Shown piece after piece: positions 41,601 through 49,813 of a stretch of 64,000 nucleotides of DNA (positions within the stretch are counted from its first letter, which is position 1; the number at the start of each line of letters is the position of its first letter). A model generated the notes under the pieces. It had not been told where the DNA came from. It saw only the letters and a list, made by a program, of their open reading frames with translations, and made no database searches. Position numbers and translations under genes: made by a program. The DNA is from a virus. Where the stretch lies: the IMG/VR virus record IMGVR_UViG_3300009503_000022, positions 46,356-110,355 of that record; one strand, given 5' to 3'.

Positions 41601-41676
41601 TTCTTTCTTTATAATCACTTACTATAGATGAAATTGGATTTTCTTTATCTATTTCTTTTTTAAATGCTAATATCAT
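35698..41676 (-). CDS. 1992-aa polyvalent protein: ATP-dependent DNA ligase, ART-like, mCpol, SH3-like, GGDEF, LigD primase-polymerase, sigma-70, LigD phosphoesterase
   Basis: KLDG/FDII/EGLII/VKVKP/VGTGFT/REDK (~40600-41600); YLYHST..ILKEGL (~39430-39865); IDGDDIG/GGDN (~39005-39365); DALTGL/DIDHFK/GGEEF (~37930-38375); DLDP/SGSKGFH (~37150-37860); FSTW/EIAEILGIS (~36560-37125); Q.H..HFDWR/EDHP..Y/GEYGAG (~36030-36450). Confidence 0.9.
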   Translation of the reverse strand: MILAFKKEIDKENPISSIVSDYKERMSMKFYTIDELREKLKGKKFTISVKLDGEIVGIEYKDGRTITVTRAGTIRYDLPVTDEITELLKNKPLKEFIGVGEIYGVSEDGIPLSYLKSQSLLKAPKTKEDEERIRIIVFDIISIDGIDWQDKDLSYRISGLRNLFSKGKYVKPAEYFENADLNDVDELWDKVVQPQKYGYEGLIIYYDNKIVKVKPILSIDLVVVAVERSKKHPEQMGAILTSFRDKEGIFRLNGKVGTGFTDKERLEFIEWAERNKVFEDEDGRIWVDPFKEPCIVEVQGEEVNIKKGPAYKFEDNKWIQIEDKMTGIIRKPRIERYREDKKVIPEDLRLEQIPGFEEKGWLMSRIANIFQYGNNNKLEQLRAFLNKEAIFLTDLRKVYIDASKGIYDDDKLDKILEELIYHLNKLKTGGTTRVEVEPIKRNIKKIEELIKQGEEAYSKEGFEKFYVIDKIVDWIHFDGLRMQWSPSLAQESELFKIWELREQMKLGEYFHKEAQIGKPISELEEDFKDILNMKATGETIDLIIWNLWELVREINWSIKYSPSGDEIKMLYELKKEVLQKIKDMKPRLIHKGVMKKIEELEKKAIKYLYHSTNVPPEIILKEGLVGRKTKGLTEAGEQFFDYGWLPEESVFVSKEPGKFPGKYIYKVDVSGLDLLPDYAMLVDLGAYVDDVEGKFLYWKHDEQIPRGLKSRHDPEWGVYYKDITGEDTLRIAGTAVVVGPISPDRIVLYSEGKECFHKEAQIGKQRSEKGNLVYIAIDGDDIGDRVEEAIYDKDTEVAKNISNQIKNANKEIIEIITKYNGEVIFEGGDNIFISIPITIEEAKKLGQQFIDIYLKNTGHTATVGIGKIPTDAHKSLVLGKNTGKNKIVIWDDSYEPYWNKMIEYLDVLEKKIKDVKEQYPELDEFLKKESEYVNLVRKQCYSSLFKRHGIEEGEITTFDQLKIRDEFVFLRNPEKIYKIIDKYYNVVETLDENLRKKKFDENIYKNEKVIRLKAFQSRKGVYEKGTKIEAINFDNTGTIIDIAPEERGGTIYDVDYVVKWDKPLEDGSIISEVHPTEIRKIESEIDENKDLQKEVEELKKRLYTDALTGLYSRHWLEDNEERLLEENNYIILTDIDHFKQINDEYGHDKGDEVLKTVADLIKSLDIENIVRWGGEEFVIFIELDDEEDLKELLELIRNTVEEETKQTEIPVTISLGAAPLESNIDDSFTKADKALYESKNKGRNRWTIYTNEFEQNACYHEGKSMKIESSLIYAYKPKHPETIIVEPNEFYKEGLNEGEIFLYYDTVKDDIIETYLKYDLDVTLFKKVDDTIVQRKIEGKPINIKDFDKLNNGRNVEWHFSLKDTTPFLYVDLDPKEGFSWDDLKDIVFEVKDLIETMDNVVDTKIVFSGSKGFHVYGILKKEIDVDEARTAIKLALEEYIENKNDKRLTTGVTKKENTCRLDTSTLHRAGGLRVPYSLSGKTGLVCLPIDEDKLFDFEKEDAKIDKVLKKLYKKSSIEDLDEKVIRYKETKDEKIFNEIYPELKRLAYPFENKLGKAGFYDASSIIDEIILHSIDTYDREKGKFSTWLYNQLDGRVKDEIRDLYLQKEIVNTIAYSLEDVIYEDKDVPIKIKNIIESKYDSPEEKVIVNDLFDKILNLLTDVGKKVFNLLVSGYSQVEIAEILGISPPRVTAIIKDIQNKTTKFLKTASWKLESSVKIFNKFTYLQEVEDEYFLKKAQEDDRLEEYKKKRDFDITPEPKPKIREEGKSGIQLHYAKKAGKHFDWRIFKDGVLKSGVTRKIPEPGQKVLFIETEDHPVDYIYFEGEIPKGEYGAGIVETYAIGDAEILEWSDKKRKFRLNTDKVKGEFTLIPMEDRKWLMIRSKEEDKFQLKTRLDYGIEKEAGIKETLKMIIDFIAPFSWLFIKNPKLKAAFNLLKEYFNEVKASKINDNSKKIIEMELNAYLEEKDKTIEELDLKEIFEAASYLRKILNY
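39384..40150. repeat. 29-bp perfect direct repeat (39384-39412 and 40122-40150) encoding FHKEAQIGK
   Basis: gtttaccaatttgagcttctttatgaaaa at both positions, 738 bp apart, in frame. Confidence 0.9.
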
Positions 41677-41834
41677 TTTGTCAATATTATTAACATTGGA
41701 GTAGTATCACTTGGTACAACTGCAGTTATTACCCAACCTGCATCCACAAGCGTTTTTAAATCACTAACTGATCCATCAACTGTATCTTTAGTATTACCTT
41801 GCCTATCTGATTCTACTATTTTTACATCAGCCAT
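41673..41834 (-). CDS. small hypothetical protein (53 aa, not in track)
   Basis: MADVKIVESDRQGNTKDTVDGSVSDLKTLVDAGWVITAVVPSDTTPMLIILTK; GGAGGAG RBS; ATGA overlap with the polyvalent gene. Confidence 0.65.
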   Translation of the reverse strand: MADVKIVESDRQGNTKDTVDGSVSDLKTLVDAGWVITAVVPSDTTPMLIILTK

Positions 41835-41879
41835 TTCGCTCCTCCTACATCATAATTTAAATTAGTCAATATATTTATA

Positions 41880-42056
41880 TTATTCGAAATTTAAATTTTC
41901 TTTTCGTCTAAATTCCAATTTCCTCTTATATCTTCTTGCTTGAGAAATAGTAGGAAAACACTTCTTCATACCCTCGTCTGTAATTACACACCAACGTCTT
42001 CCTTCTTCGCCTTCTTCTTTCTTTATCCTTAATTTTTCTTGTCGTAACCAATACAT
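41880..42056 (-). CDS. small protein (58 aa, not in track) related to the N-domain of 60783-61208
   Basis: MYWLRQEKLRIKKEEGEEGRRWCVITDEGMKKCFPTISQARRY... vs YIRKKDGEYCVYSEKGRSFGCYPSRKKAEERL. Confidence 0.6.
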   Translation of the reverse strand: MYWLRQEKLRIKKEEGEEGRRWCVITDEGMKKCFPTISQARRYKRKLEFRRKENLNFE

Positions 42057-44117
42057 TTATATCTCCTCTTTAATCAATTCTTTAGCTGCATTAACAAATA
42101 AATTAAAATCATCAACTTTAACTTTTTTACTTATTCTAGAAAATATCTCATCCATATATCCTTCAATAATACTATCATAATTTATATCTATTTTTTTATT
42201 ATCTTCAGTCGCTATTTTCTTTAATAAATTAGCATCTTCAATAACAGCATTAACAATATCGTCTAATTGAATATTTGCTTTAATAAATTCTTTAATAGAC
42301 GATTCTTTTTCAATAGTATCTTTAATCTCTTTTTTTATTTTCTTTTGAGTTTTATCATCAAATTCTTTTTTATACTTATCCTTTGCTTTTAAAAATTTTT
42401 CTATTTCTTTATCTAACTCTTTTTTCTTTTCTTCAGTTACTTCTTCATCTACCTTAATTATTTCAGTTGGATGAACTTCAGTAATTGTTTCTCCTGCTAC
42501 TGGAGTATCCCATTTTATAATATAATCTATATCTCCAGGTTTTTCATCATTTTTATAAATTACATATCCCATAAGCCCATTCGTCTGTAATTGAACTCTA
42601 TCATATACTTCAAATTCGTCTTCTTCTATAGCTGATGTTAATAATAATCTATATTTCATTACATTTTCATCTTTATACTCGTTCATTTTAAATTTAAACT
42701 CAGTATTATCATCTAAAGATGCAGTCACTATTCCTAATCTTGGATCAAATCGTCTATAAGTATAAATATCAGGACTATTTTCAAATTGAAATTTATCACC
42801 TAATTTTAATTCACTAAACTTAACATATCCTTGTTTTTGATATATTTTATCGTAATCTTGAATAGATTCTTTTTTCTTCATCTTTTTATCTTTTTTTATT
42901 TCTTTATCATAAGATTTTTGTAATTTTTTTTCAGATTTAGATTTATCTATTTTCCTTTCCATATTCATATTAACACCCTCGGATAATTCTGGTAATTCTC
43001 TAAATTTAACAGTAGAATTATCAGAAACATTTAAAGTATCTATATTAATAGTTGTATCTGATTTTCTATTTAATGAAGATCTTAAACTTGCTATTTTCCT
43101 CAATCTATTAGGATATTTCTCTAATAAATCTTTAATATTGCCTCTTAAACCAGTTACATCCCCTTCTATATTTGTAACATTTCCTTCAATATAAGAAACA
43201 TCTCCTTTTATGTTAGATACATCTCCTTTTAAATAAGAAACATTTCCCCTTATATTAGATACATCTCCTACAATATTTGAAGCATCTCCATATATATTTG
43301 AAGCATCTCCATATATATTTGAAGCATCTCCATATATTTTAGATTTATCCCCTGTTACATTTTCATCATTAATCAATCTACTTTTTTGTGATTTTATTCT
43401 TAATGAAGACTTTTTCGTTCTTTTAAATTTTTCAAATAAATCTGGATTTTCACTAATAAACTTATTTACACCATCCATAAACCATACATGCCACCCAGAA
43501 CCTTCTGTTTCTAATTTCTTTTTTATACTTTCCCAACCTTCTTCAAAATAATATTCTGCTTCTTTTTGAGCTTTTTTATCACCTTTATAAGCAGGATCTA
43601 TAATTAAACTATCCATAAGATCAATTGCATATTCTTGTATTGGAGTTTCAAGTTTAATAACATCCGATTTTCTTAATTGCATATTTCCTCCTAAATTTGC
43701 AAAAGATTTCTCTAATACATCTTGAGGATTTTCTATAACCATTTTATCTCGAGGAACTTTTTGCTCTTCAGGAAATACAAAAAGATCATCTTTTAAAATA
43801 GTATCATTTTGAGATTTCCTTTCTAATAATCTTTTTACAAAATCTCTCCATTCTTCCTTATTTTCTTCTACCATTCCATCAAATATTTCTTTTGCTTTAT
43901 CTTCTGTAACATCATAAATATTCATAAAATACTTTACTATTTCTGAATCTATATCATCGGCAATTTTTTCTAAAGTAAATTCGCTTCCTGTATCTAATTC
44001 AGGATTAGATGATATATCAGGATTAGTTTTAAAATAATCCAACTCGTGAAATTTTCCTGAATCATGTGGATATTTAATCTCATCAAATCCACCTTGAGCT
44101 TTACGTCTCAAATTCAT
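42057..44117 (-). CDS. modular polyprotein-like protein (heptad solenoid, SH3-like modules)
   Basis: Eleven xxxGD[AV]S-type heptads; EVHPTEI module; multiple L-x-[KR]-x-[AS] linkers. Confidence 0.7.
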   Translation of the reverse strand: MNLRRKAQGGFDEIKYPHDSGKFHELDYFKTNPDISSNPELDTGSEFTLEKIADDIDSEIVKYFMNIYDVTEDKAKEIFDGMVEENKEEWRDFVKRLLERKSQNDTILKDDLFVFPEEQKVPRDKMVIENPQDVLEKSFANLGGNMQLRKSDVIKLETPIQEYAIDLMDSLIIDPAYKGDKKAQKEAEYYFEEGWESIKKKLETEGSGWHVWFMDGVNKFISENPDLFEKFKRTKKSSLRIKSQKSRLINDENVTGDKSKIYGDASNIYGDASNIYGDASNIVGDVSNIRGNVSYLKGDVSNIKGDVSYIEGNVTNIEGDVTGLRGNIKDLLEKYPNRLRKIASLRSSLNRKSDTTINIDTLNVSDNSTVKFRELPELSEGVNMNMERKIDKSKSEKKLQKSYDKEIKKDKKMKKKESIQDYDKIYQKQGYVKFSELKLGDKFQFENSPDIYTYRRFDPRLGIVTASLDDNTEFKFKMNEYKDENVMKYRLLLTSAIEEDEFEVYDRVQLQTNGLMGYVIYKNDEKPGDIDYIIKWDTPVAGETITEVHPTEIIKVDEEVTEEKKKELDKEIEKFLKAKDKYKKEFDDKTQKKIKKEIKDTIEKESSIKEFIKANIQLDDIVNAVIEDANLLKKIATEDNKKIDINYDSIIEGYMDEIFSRISKKVKVDDFNLFVNAAKELIKEEI

Positions 44118-44372
44118 TTATACCTCCGTCAAATTACCCGGTATTGGCTGAGGATATGTCGTCACAGACGCATTATTAACCCTTAAATGAGAATTTATAT
44201 AATCAGCTAATCCTGAAGAAATAGCATCTATTAAACCATCTAACTCATCAGGTAATTTAGATTTATCTTCTATTAGATTACCATTACTATCATAACTTTT
44301 CTTATAATATCCTTTAGATAATAATGAATTTTTTATACTAAACTTTATCATTTGTGCAGTAACACCAGGCAT
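44118..44372 (-). CDS. hypothetical protein
   Basis: Tightly packed ORF. Confidence 0.55.
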   Translation of the reverse strand: MPGVTAQMIKFSIKNSLLSKGYYKKSYDSNGNLIEDKSKLPDELDGLIDAISSGLADYINSHLRVNNASVTTYPQPIPGNLTEV

Positions 44373-44389
44373 TTTTAAAAATCCTCCCT

Positions 44390-44689
44390 TTAAATTATAC
44401 CACTATAATCCATCCAAACTGAATCGAGATTAAACCCTGTTACTTCTATCTTACAAGTACAACCAGGATGAGTCAATGTATAAATAGGTGCTTCATATTC
44501 AGCATCTGAAATAAAATCTTCTAATGGAATTTCTTCTTTATTATATTCCTTACAAATACGACAAGAATCTGGTTCTGCATGAAAAATAACAGTATCATAT
44601 CCTTCATCTAAAAGTCTTTCTAACTCTAATAAAGTTTCTTCTACTGGAGCTTTAGCATCTATTTTAATCCAATTATTTAACATTTTCAC
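44390..44689 (-). CDS. minimal MuF/gp7-like head morphogenesis domain protein
   Basis: SCRIC...THPGCTC resembles the MuF C-terminal CxxC...HPxCxC motif. Confidence 0.6.
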   Translation of the reverse strand: MKMLNNWIKIDAKAPVEETLLELERLLDEGYDTVIFHAEPDSCRICKEYNKEEIPLEDFISDAEYEAPIYTLTHPGCTCKIEVTGFNLDSVWMDYSGII

Positions 44690-44769
44690 TTATTAATTAA
44701 TAACGTTACTTATCGTTATAGCAACGAATCCCTACGTATTCTTAAAAATATAAATATTTTTTATTTATA

Positions 44770-45249
44770 TTACTCTTCTCGAGGCCACTTTCCTGTAGCC
44801 GCCTCTTCTAAAGCAGCACAGAATCCTTCTGGAGATTCTGCCCAAGATTTTGCTTTTTCTACACATTTATCAAAATCTGCACCATAACTTTTCCAAGTAT
44901 TCTTAATTCTTTCTTCAGACCATCCTTTAAAATATTCTTTAGCATAAACCTCTTTTACTGCTCTATTTACTAAAGCTGATTTATGTATAGTAGGTTTTTC
45001 AATCTCTTGTCCTGTAGTTTCTACCTCTCTTAACTCCCTTTCAGTTTCTCTTGCTAAACTCTCCCATATTTCATTTGGATTAGTCACATATTTCTTTTGA
45101 ACAGGACCTTCATATCTAAATCTTCTACCAATATCACTTTTACTAATTCCTGGCTTTATTTCAGGAACTCCTTTTTCTGTTTGTTTCGTATCTGCTATTC
45201 TATATAAATTTTTCATTTTACTTACCCCCTTATTTTTTATTTTCTTCAC
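44770..45249 (-). CDS. hypothetical head-region protein; true start probably 45216
   Basis: C-terminal FDKCV...PEGFCA.L...ATGKWP motif; LYRIA and HKSA linker-like motifs. Confidence 0.6.
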   Translation of the reverse strand: MKKIKNKGVSKMKNLYRIADTKQTEKGVPEIKPGISKSDIGRRFRYEGPVQKKYVTNPNEIWESLARETERELREVETTGQEIEKPTIHKSALVNRAVKEVYAKEYFKGWSEERIKNTWKSYGADFDKCVEKAKSWAESPEGFCAALEEAATGKWPREE

Positions 45250-45373
45250 TTAATAAATAACTTTTAAAAATAATATTTTTATTACATTTTTTACAATAAT
45301 GACATTCTTTAACTTTACCATTATTTATTTCTTTTCTTATTTTTATATCTTTATTACCACAATCACATTTCAT
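45230..45373 (-). CDS. small Zn-ribbon protein (47 aa, not in track)
   Basis: MKCDCGNKDIKIRKEINNGKVKECHYCKKCNKN...; ATGA overlap. Confidence 0.55.
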   Translation of the reverse strand: MKCDCGNKDIKIRKEINNGKVKECHYCKKCNKNIIFKSYLLSEENKK

Positions 45374-45921
45374 TTTTGCATTTTACTGACCATTACAGCC
45401 TGAGCTTCTGCAATTCTTTCTTTTTCCTTATCTGATAAAATAAATACATTTGCTAAATCTGAAACTTTATTATCATTTAAAAATTCTTCCTTTTCCTCAG
45501 GCGTAAAATAACTTGCAATGGTATCAGCATTACCTCCTTTATGAGAAATATTACCTAAAGACTTTTTTATAAGTTCATCTGCACTTGTTATTACTTTAGA
45601 TTTATTTTTATCATTATTACGATCAAATACTACATCTGGTTCTAAACCTTTATTTTGCTCTTTTAATTGATTTTGATTAAAAACAAATACATCGTCAACA
45701 ATGTTTTTCTTATTATTGTTAATATTTCTTTTACCATCTATTTCGTTTATTAAATCTGTAACTATCTTAGCAATCATATTTACATTTTTCTCTAAATCAT
45801 CTATTCTTTTTTCTAATCTATTTATATTACTTACTTTTTCCATATCTTGCGCATATTGCTTAAAATCTATTTTCTTTTCATAAATTTTCATATTACAATC
45901 CTCCATCAATTTTAAATTCAT
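45370..45921 (-). CDS. hypothetical coiled-coil protein
   Basis: ORF; heptad segment. Confidence 0.55.
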   Translation of the reverse strand: MNLKLMEDCNMKIYEKKIDFKQYAQDMEKVSNINRLEKRIDDLEKNVNMIAKIVTDLINEIDGKRNINNNKKNIVDDVFVFNQNQLKEQNKGLEPDVVFDRNNDKNKSKVITSADELIKKSLGNISHKGGNADTIASYFTPEEKEEFLNDNKVSDLANVFILSDKEKERIAEAQAVMVSKMQK

Positions 45922-45937
45922 TATATTATAAAATTAA

Positions 45938-46681
45938 TCAACGACCCATTGATTGGAAAATATCAAGAATATTTAAAAGACCTCTATTAAGATTAGCTCC
46001 TATTGATATTGGCAATTGTAACGTACCTAAACCTACTCCTTGATGCATAAAATTCATTTTAGAAACAGATAACAATTCATTATAAACATCCATTATATCT
46101 TTCATTGCATTTCTTATTTTTTCCCCTCTATCAATAGTCAAAGACAATCCCATGTCACTATAACTAAAATCTGTTATCCCTATCCCTAAATATTTATACA
46201 TACAAAATGTTATTTGTGCACTCATTATCAATACATTTTCATATCCTTGAGGAAAATTATCAATTGTATAATCAGTCTCAGGAGGATAAATATTAAAATT
46301 ATATAAAGCTAACTGCAATGCCATTCGATAAATATCATCTGTCGTATCTTTTCTTAATATCTCAGGAAGCCATCCTCTAAGCCAATTAGTTAATCTCATT
46401 TCTCTAGGAGTTAATGGAAAAAATGTCAAATAATATTGAGTCTCAACGTTATTTACACTATCAAAAAATTTAATTAAATACCATAAATTTGTTGATGCAC
46501 TTGGATCGGTATCAGTATATGTTGTAACCCATATACCATTCGAAGTTTTAGAATTTATAGTTGCAATTAATGAATAATCTTTCTGCTCAGTTACACTTCT
46601 ATAAATCCTTATCTTATCATAATTCGTAGTATTTACTATTTCTGCAGGAATTGTCCAATAAATATCTACAGACAAGTTCAC
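45938..46681 (-). CDS. putative head-tail adaptor (neck) protein
   Basis: FN..PP.T...DFSYSD.GLSLTIDR; N-terminal FN3-like part; downstream of capsid. Confidence 0.6.
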   Translation of the reverse strand: MNLSVDIYWTIPAEIVNTTNYDKIRIYRSVTEQKDYSLIATINSKTSNGIWVTTYTDTDPSASTNLWYLIKFFDSVNNVETQYYLTFFPLTPREMRLTNWLRGWLPEILRKDTTDDIYRMALQLALYNFNIYPPETDYTIDNFPQGYENVLIMSAQITFCMYKYLGIGITDFSYSDMGLSLTIDRGEKIRNAMKDIMDVYNELLSVSKMNFMHQGVGLGTLQLPISIGANLNRGLLNILDIFQSMGR

Positions 46682-46688
46682 TCTCTCC

Positions 46689-47177
46689 TTATTTTACAAT
46701 TTTTACAGGTAAAGCATATAAACCTTCTTCGGTTTTTATCAAAGGAACTTTTGCCCATCTTTTCTTACTTTTTACATATCCCATCAATTGAACATGTTGC
46801 TTTTTATTATCTCTTTCAAAATTAGGCAAAACACCATACGGAGAAATCCTTAAAAATTGTTCAATTTTATCTTTTACACCTAATACAAGCTTTATAAGAA
46901 TACTTTCATCTTTACTTATTTGATTTTCTTCATGATTAATTACCGCAATAGCAACTCCCTTCTTAGTCTTAAATTCTTTACTATCATCGGATAATTCGAA
47001 TTTAATCTCCTTTATTTCCTTATTAACTAAATTACCCGTATCGTCTTCTTTTTCTTTTTCTAAAAGAATTATTTTAACATTATTCTTTTGTTCTTCAGAA
47101 ATACCATCAGTATTCCATAAAATAATAATATTCTGATCGGTACGTCTGAATACTCGAAGATTTAAATTCGTTTCCAT
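46689..47177 (-). CDS. hypothetical protein
   Basis: ORF with GGAGG RBS. Confidence 0.55.
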   Translation of the reverse strand: METNLNLRVFRRTDQNIIILWNTDGISEEQKNNVKIILLEKEKEDDTGNLVNKEIKEIKFELSDDSKEFKTKKGVAIAVINHEENQISKDESILIKLVLGVKDKIEQFLRISPYGVLPNFERDNKKQHVQLMGYVKSKKRWAKVPLIKTEEGLYALPVKIVK

Positions 47178-47189
47178 CTACGCCCTCCT

Positions 47190-47900
47190 TTACTTTAATT
47201 CTTCTAGTCTTTGTTTAATTAATTTTTCTACACTTTTATCGTATGAAGCAATCTTCTTTAACCACTCTTTATCATTTGATTTCAATATTGCCCATTTTTT
47301 TGCTAAAAATCTTTGATTTAAAAATTTCTTAATGTCTTCTGGTGCTTTTGCAATTTTTTCTGCTTCTATCTTTTTAGCTTTTTTAATTTCTTCATTCTTA
47401 TTAAGTTCTTTACCAATATTATCTATAGTTTCTTGAGTTTTTTCCATTGTTTCTTTTATAATTTTAGTAACTTTTTCTTCCTTAGCACCAAAAAAATCAT
47501 TACTTTCTACAATTATACTACCCTGATCTTCTTCATCTATACCTGGAGTATAATCGACACTTTCAATATTTGGCTTAATAGTTTTACTTTGATTTTCTAC
47601 ATAAGGCTCATTAGATATATTTTTTGAAGAAACTCCTACTTCATCTACAAACCTTTCTATACTTGGATTATTAGAATCAACAGACTCTTTCACCACTTTT
47701 TGTGTATTATCTTCTGCTTTTGGAATTTTTCCAGTATATACCTTAATCAACCCTTTTTCTAAAAATTTTAAAATCGTAGGTGAACTCTTAGCAACATCAT
47801 CAGGAATATCTACTGATATTCCATTAGGAGATATACTCCCATACATTTTTTCATTATCATATAAAAGAATAATTGTATTTGTTAAATTTATAAATTTCAT
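47190..47900 (-). CDS. hypothetical protein
   Basis: ORF with GGAGG RBS. Confidence 0.55.
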   Translation of the reverse strand: MKFINLTNTIILLYDNEKMYGSISPNGISVDIPDDVAKSSPTILKFLEKGLIKVYTGKIPKAEDNTQKVVKESVDSNNPSIERFVDEVGVSSKNISNEPYVENQSKTIKPNIESVDYTPGIDEEDQGSIIVESNDFFGAKEEKVTKIIKETMEKTQETIDNIGKELNKNEEIKKAKKIEAEKIAKAPEDIKKFLNQRFLAKKWAILKSNDKEWLKKIASYDKSVEKLIKQRLEELK

Positions 47901-47925
47901 ACACTCCTCCTTTTAAATTCTTACT

Positions 47926-48204
47926 TTACTTTTTTAACCAATCTACTCGATTTTCATCTGATTCTTCAATTTTTTGCTCACTATCAGAAATTAATTTCTT
48001 TTTCTCGACTGATTTTACTAAATTTAATTGTTTTTCTGCATTTAATATATTCTCAGAACCTCCTAAATCAATATCTTTATACCTTGTAAAAAAATTAAAC
48101 ATATAACTTACATCTTTAATTTTATTACAAAACTTTATATCTAAAGCATAAGTCAATGTTTCTTCACTAAATAACTTCGATAAAATCCAACCTAAAATTC
48201 TCAT
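47926..48204 (-). CDS. hypothetical protein
   Basis: ORF with GGAGG RBS. Confidence 0.55.
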   Translation of the reverse strand: MRILGWILSKLFSEETLTYALDIKFCNKIKDVSYMFNFFTRYKDIDLGGSENILNAEKQLNLVKSVEKKKLISDSEQKIEESDENRVDWLKK

Positions 48205-48230
48205 TTTAAAATCCTCCTTTTTTTAAATTT

Positions 48231-48258
48231 AGGAGAGGAGAAACTAATCTCCTCTCCT
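48231..48258 (-). terminator. hairpin immediately downstream of the major capsid gene
   Basis: aggagaggaga / tctcctctcct 11-bp stem, 6-nt loop; no clear U-tract on the minus strand, so it may be a stabiliser or partial terminator. Confidence 0.55.
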
Positions 48259-48274
48259 TTAATTTTAAAATCAA

Positions 48275-49255
48275 TTACACAATTGTAAACTTGGTAATAC
48301 CAGCGGTATTGTGAATACCAATACCAATCTGTTCCCAACCTACTATATCATACTGATTTTTTGGAATATTATCAAATATCTTAACTTCAACTGCTTTCCT
48401 TTCTGGAATTCTTCCTAATTTATCAGGTGTCGTAAATACATATACTGTTTTTGCAGGACATCTTGTAGTTACAAGCATCCTTGCTCCATATATAGAACCA
48501 AACAACCCAGTTTCAACTATTGTATTCAACGAAACCTGATCTAAATCTGTAGAATTCCACTTTAAAATATCTGCATATTGCTCTGGATTCATCATCACTC
48601 CACCAACAATTAACTGATTTGCTAAGATCTGCTTATATGCATCTGCAAGAGCATATCTAGTTACTGAAGAAGCAGTAAATGGAGTATTAGGTCCATTTAC
48701 GACTGCTGCCTCCATAACTTTAACTATCTCATCATCTTCCGCAATTGCCATAGCAATAGCAACCCTCTCTTTACCTCTATCAAATGCAGGATATCTCCTG
48801 ATTTGAATTTCTTCCCATTTTAATTCATGATCAATTGAAATTGGAAATGTAGGGAATTGCACCCTCTTTATATTTGCTTGAAATCTAGGAGCCTCTCCTC
48901 TTGCTGCAACTACTACTGCTCCAAATTCTGGAATATCCAAATCATAAATTGGAAATTCCCCTTGAGGTATTTCATCTACCAGTAATACCCTATTTCTTCC
49001 AACTGCTACATAATCTAATCTACTCTTTAGAGGAACCTGCATAGCAAATGCAACCCTCTTTAAACCATTAGGTCCAGTAAATATAGCATTAAAAGCTTTC
49101 TCAGCTTTTTCAATCATCGCAGATGTAGGAACTACTGGCGATGAAGCTGTCCTTGAAAATCCATCTTCTCCAAGAACTGATTCAGAAATTTTTAATAAAT
49201 TTTTAATAAACTCGTCTTTCTGTCTAGAAGATAAATTACTTAATTTCCCTATCAT
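48275..49255 (-). CDS. major capsid protein (HK97 fold)
   Basis: AMQVPLKSRLDY..VGR...LVDE.PQGE.P.YD; GLFGSIYGA; WEQIGIG; follows protease and decoration genes. Confidence 0.85.
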   Translation of the reverse strand: MIGKLSNLSSRQKDEFIKNLLKISESVLGEDGFSRTASSPVVPTSAMIEKAEKAFNAIFTGPNGLKRVAFAMQVPLKSRLDYVAVGRNRVLLVDEIPQGEFPIYDLDIPEFGAVVVAARGEAPRFQANIKRVQFPTFPISIDHELKWEEIQIRRYPAFDRGKERVAIAMAIAEDDEIVKVMEAAVVNGPNTPFTASSVTRYALADAYKQILANQLIVGGVMMNPEQYADILKWNSTDLDQVSLNTIVETGLFGSIYGARMLVTTRCPAKTVYVFTTPDKLGRIPERKAVEVKIFDNIPKNQYDIVGWEQIGIGIHNTAGITKFTIV

Positions 49256-49286
49256 AATTTTACACCTCCTTTATATTCAAATTTTA

Positions 49287-49784
49287 TTAGCAATCTAATA
49301 CAAATTGCATTACTTTAGATGTTGATGTCGGTGGCACCAATACATATCCTAATTTAGTATTAGAAAGTGTATTAACGTTTGTAATCAACCCCGAACTATC
49401 AACATATAATTCTTGCATCGGTACATAAGTTTTAGAATCATCAAATGTTTTTACTGTCACTAATGCTCCTGATGAATCAATAAAATAATTAAATCTGACA
49501 GTAACAATACCTTTTACAACTACTGTTAATCTGCCAGATCCATAAGCTCCAAAAGAACCGTATGTTTCATCAACATACGCATTCTTATTAGACTTAGACA
49601 ATCCAAAACACTTTACATCAGAAGTGACAGCAACTATTTTATTTGAAGTCGGATCAATTGTCACAGGACTACCTGCATTGATCGTTGCATTAGGATCAAC
49701 AGGTAAATCGCTAAATTCAAGTATTGATTTATCGACGTTTATCCCATGAATAAATAAATCTTGTTTTGAACTTACTGGTATCAT
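49287..49784 (-). CDS. capsid decoration / cement protein
   Basis: Beta-rich; GSGRLTV...LYV...G.IT...LG.V..PP; between protease and capsid genes. Confidence 0.7.
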   Translation of the reverse strand: MIPVSSKQDLFIHGINVDKSILEFSDLPVDPNATINAGSPVTIDPTSNKIVAVTSDVKCFGLSKSNKNAYVDETYGSFGAYGSGRLTVVVKGIVTVRFNYFIDSSGALVTVKTFDDSKTYVPMQELYVDSSGLITNVNTLSNTKLGYVLVPPTSTSKVMQFVLDC

Positions 49785-49813
49785 AATTTTTCCCCTCCTT
49801 TTTTATTTAAAAT

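Noticed and set aside
35698-41676. Inteins as the explanation for the large ORF
   Set aside because: No C/S...HN splice-junction or LAGLIDADG motifs recognised; the extra segments are other identifiable domains.
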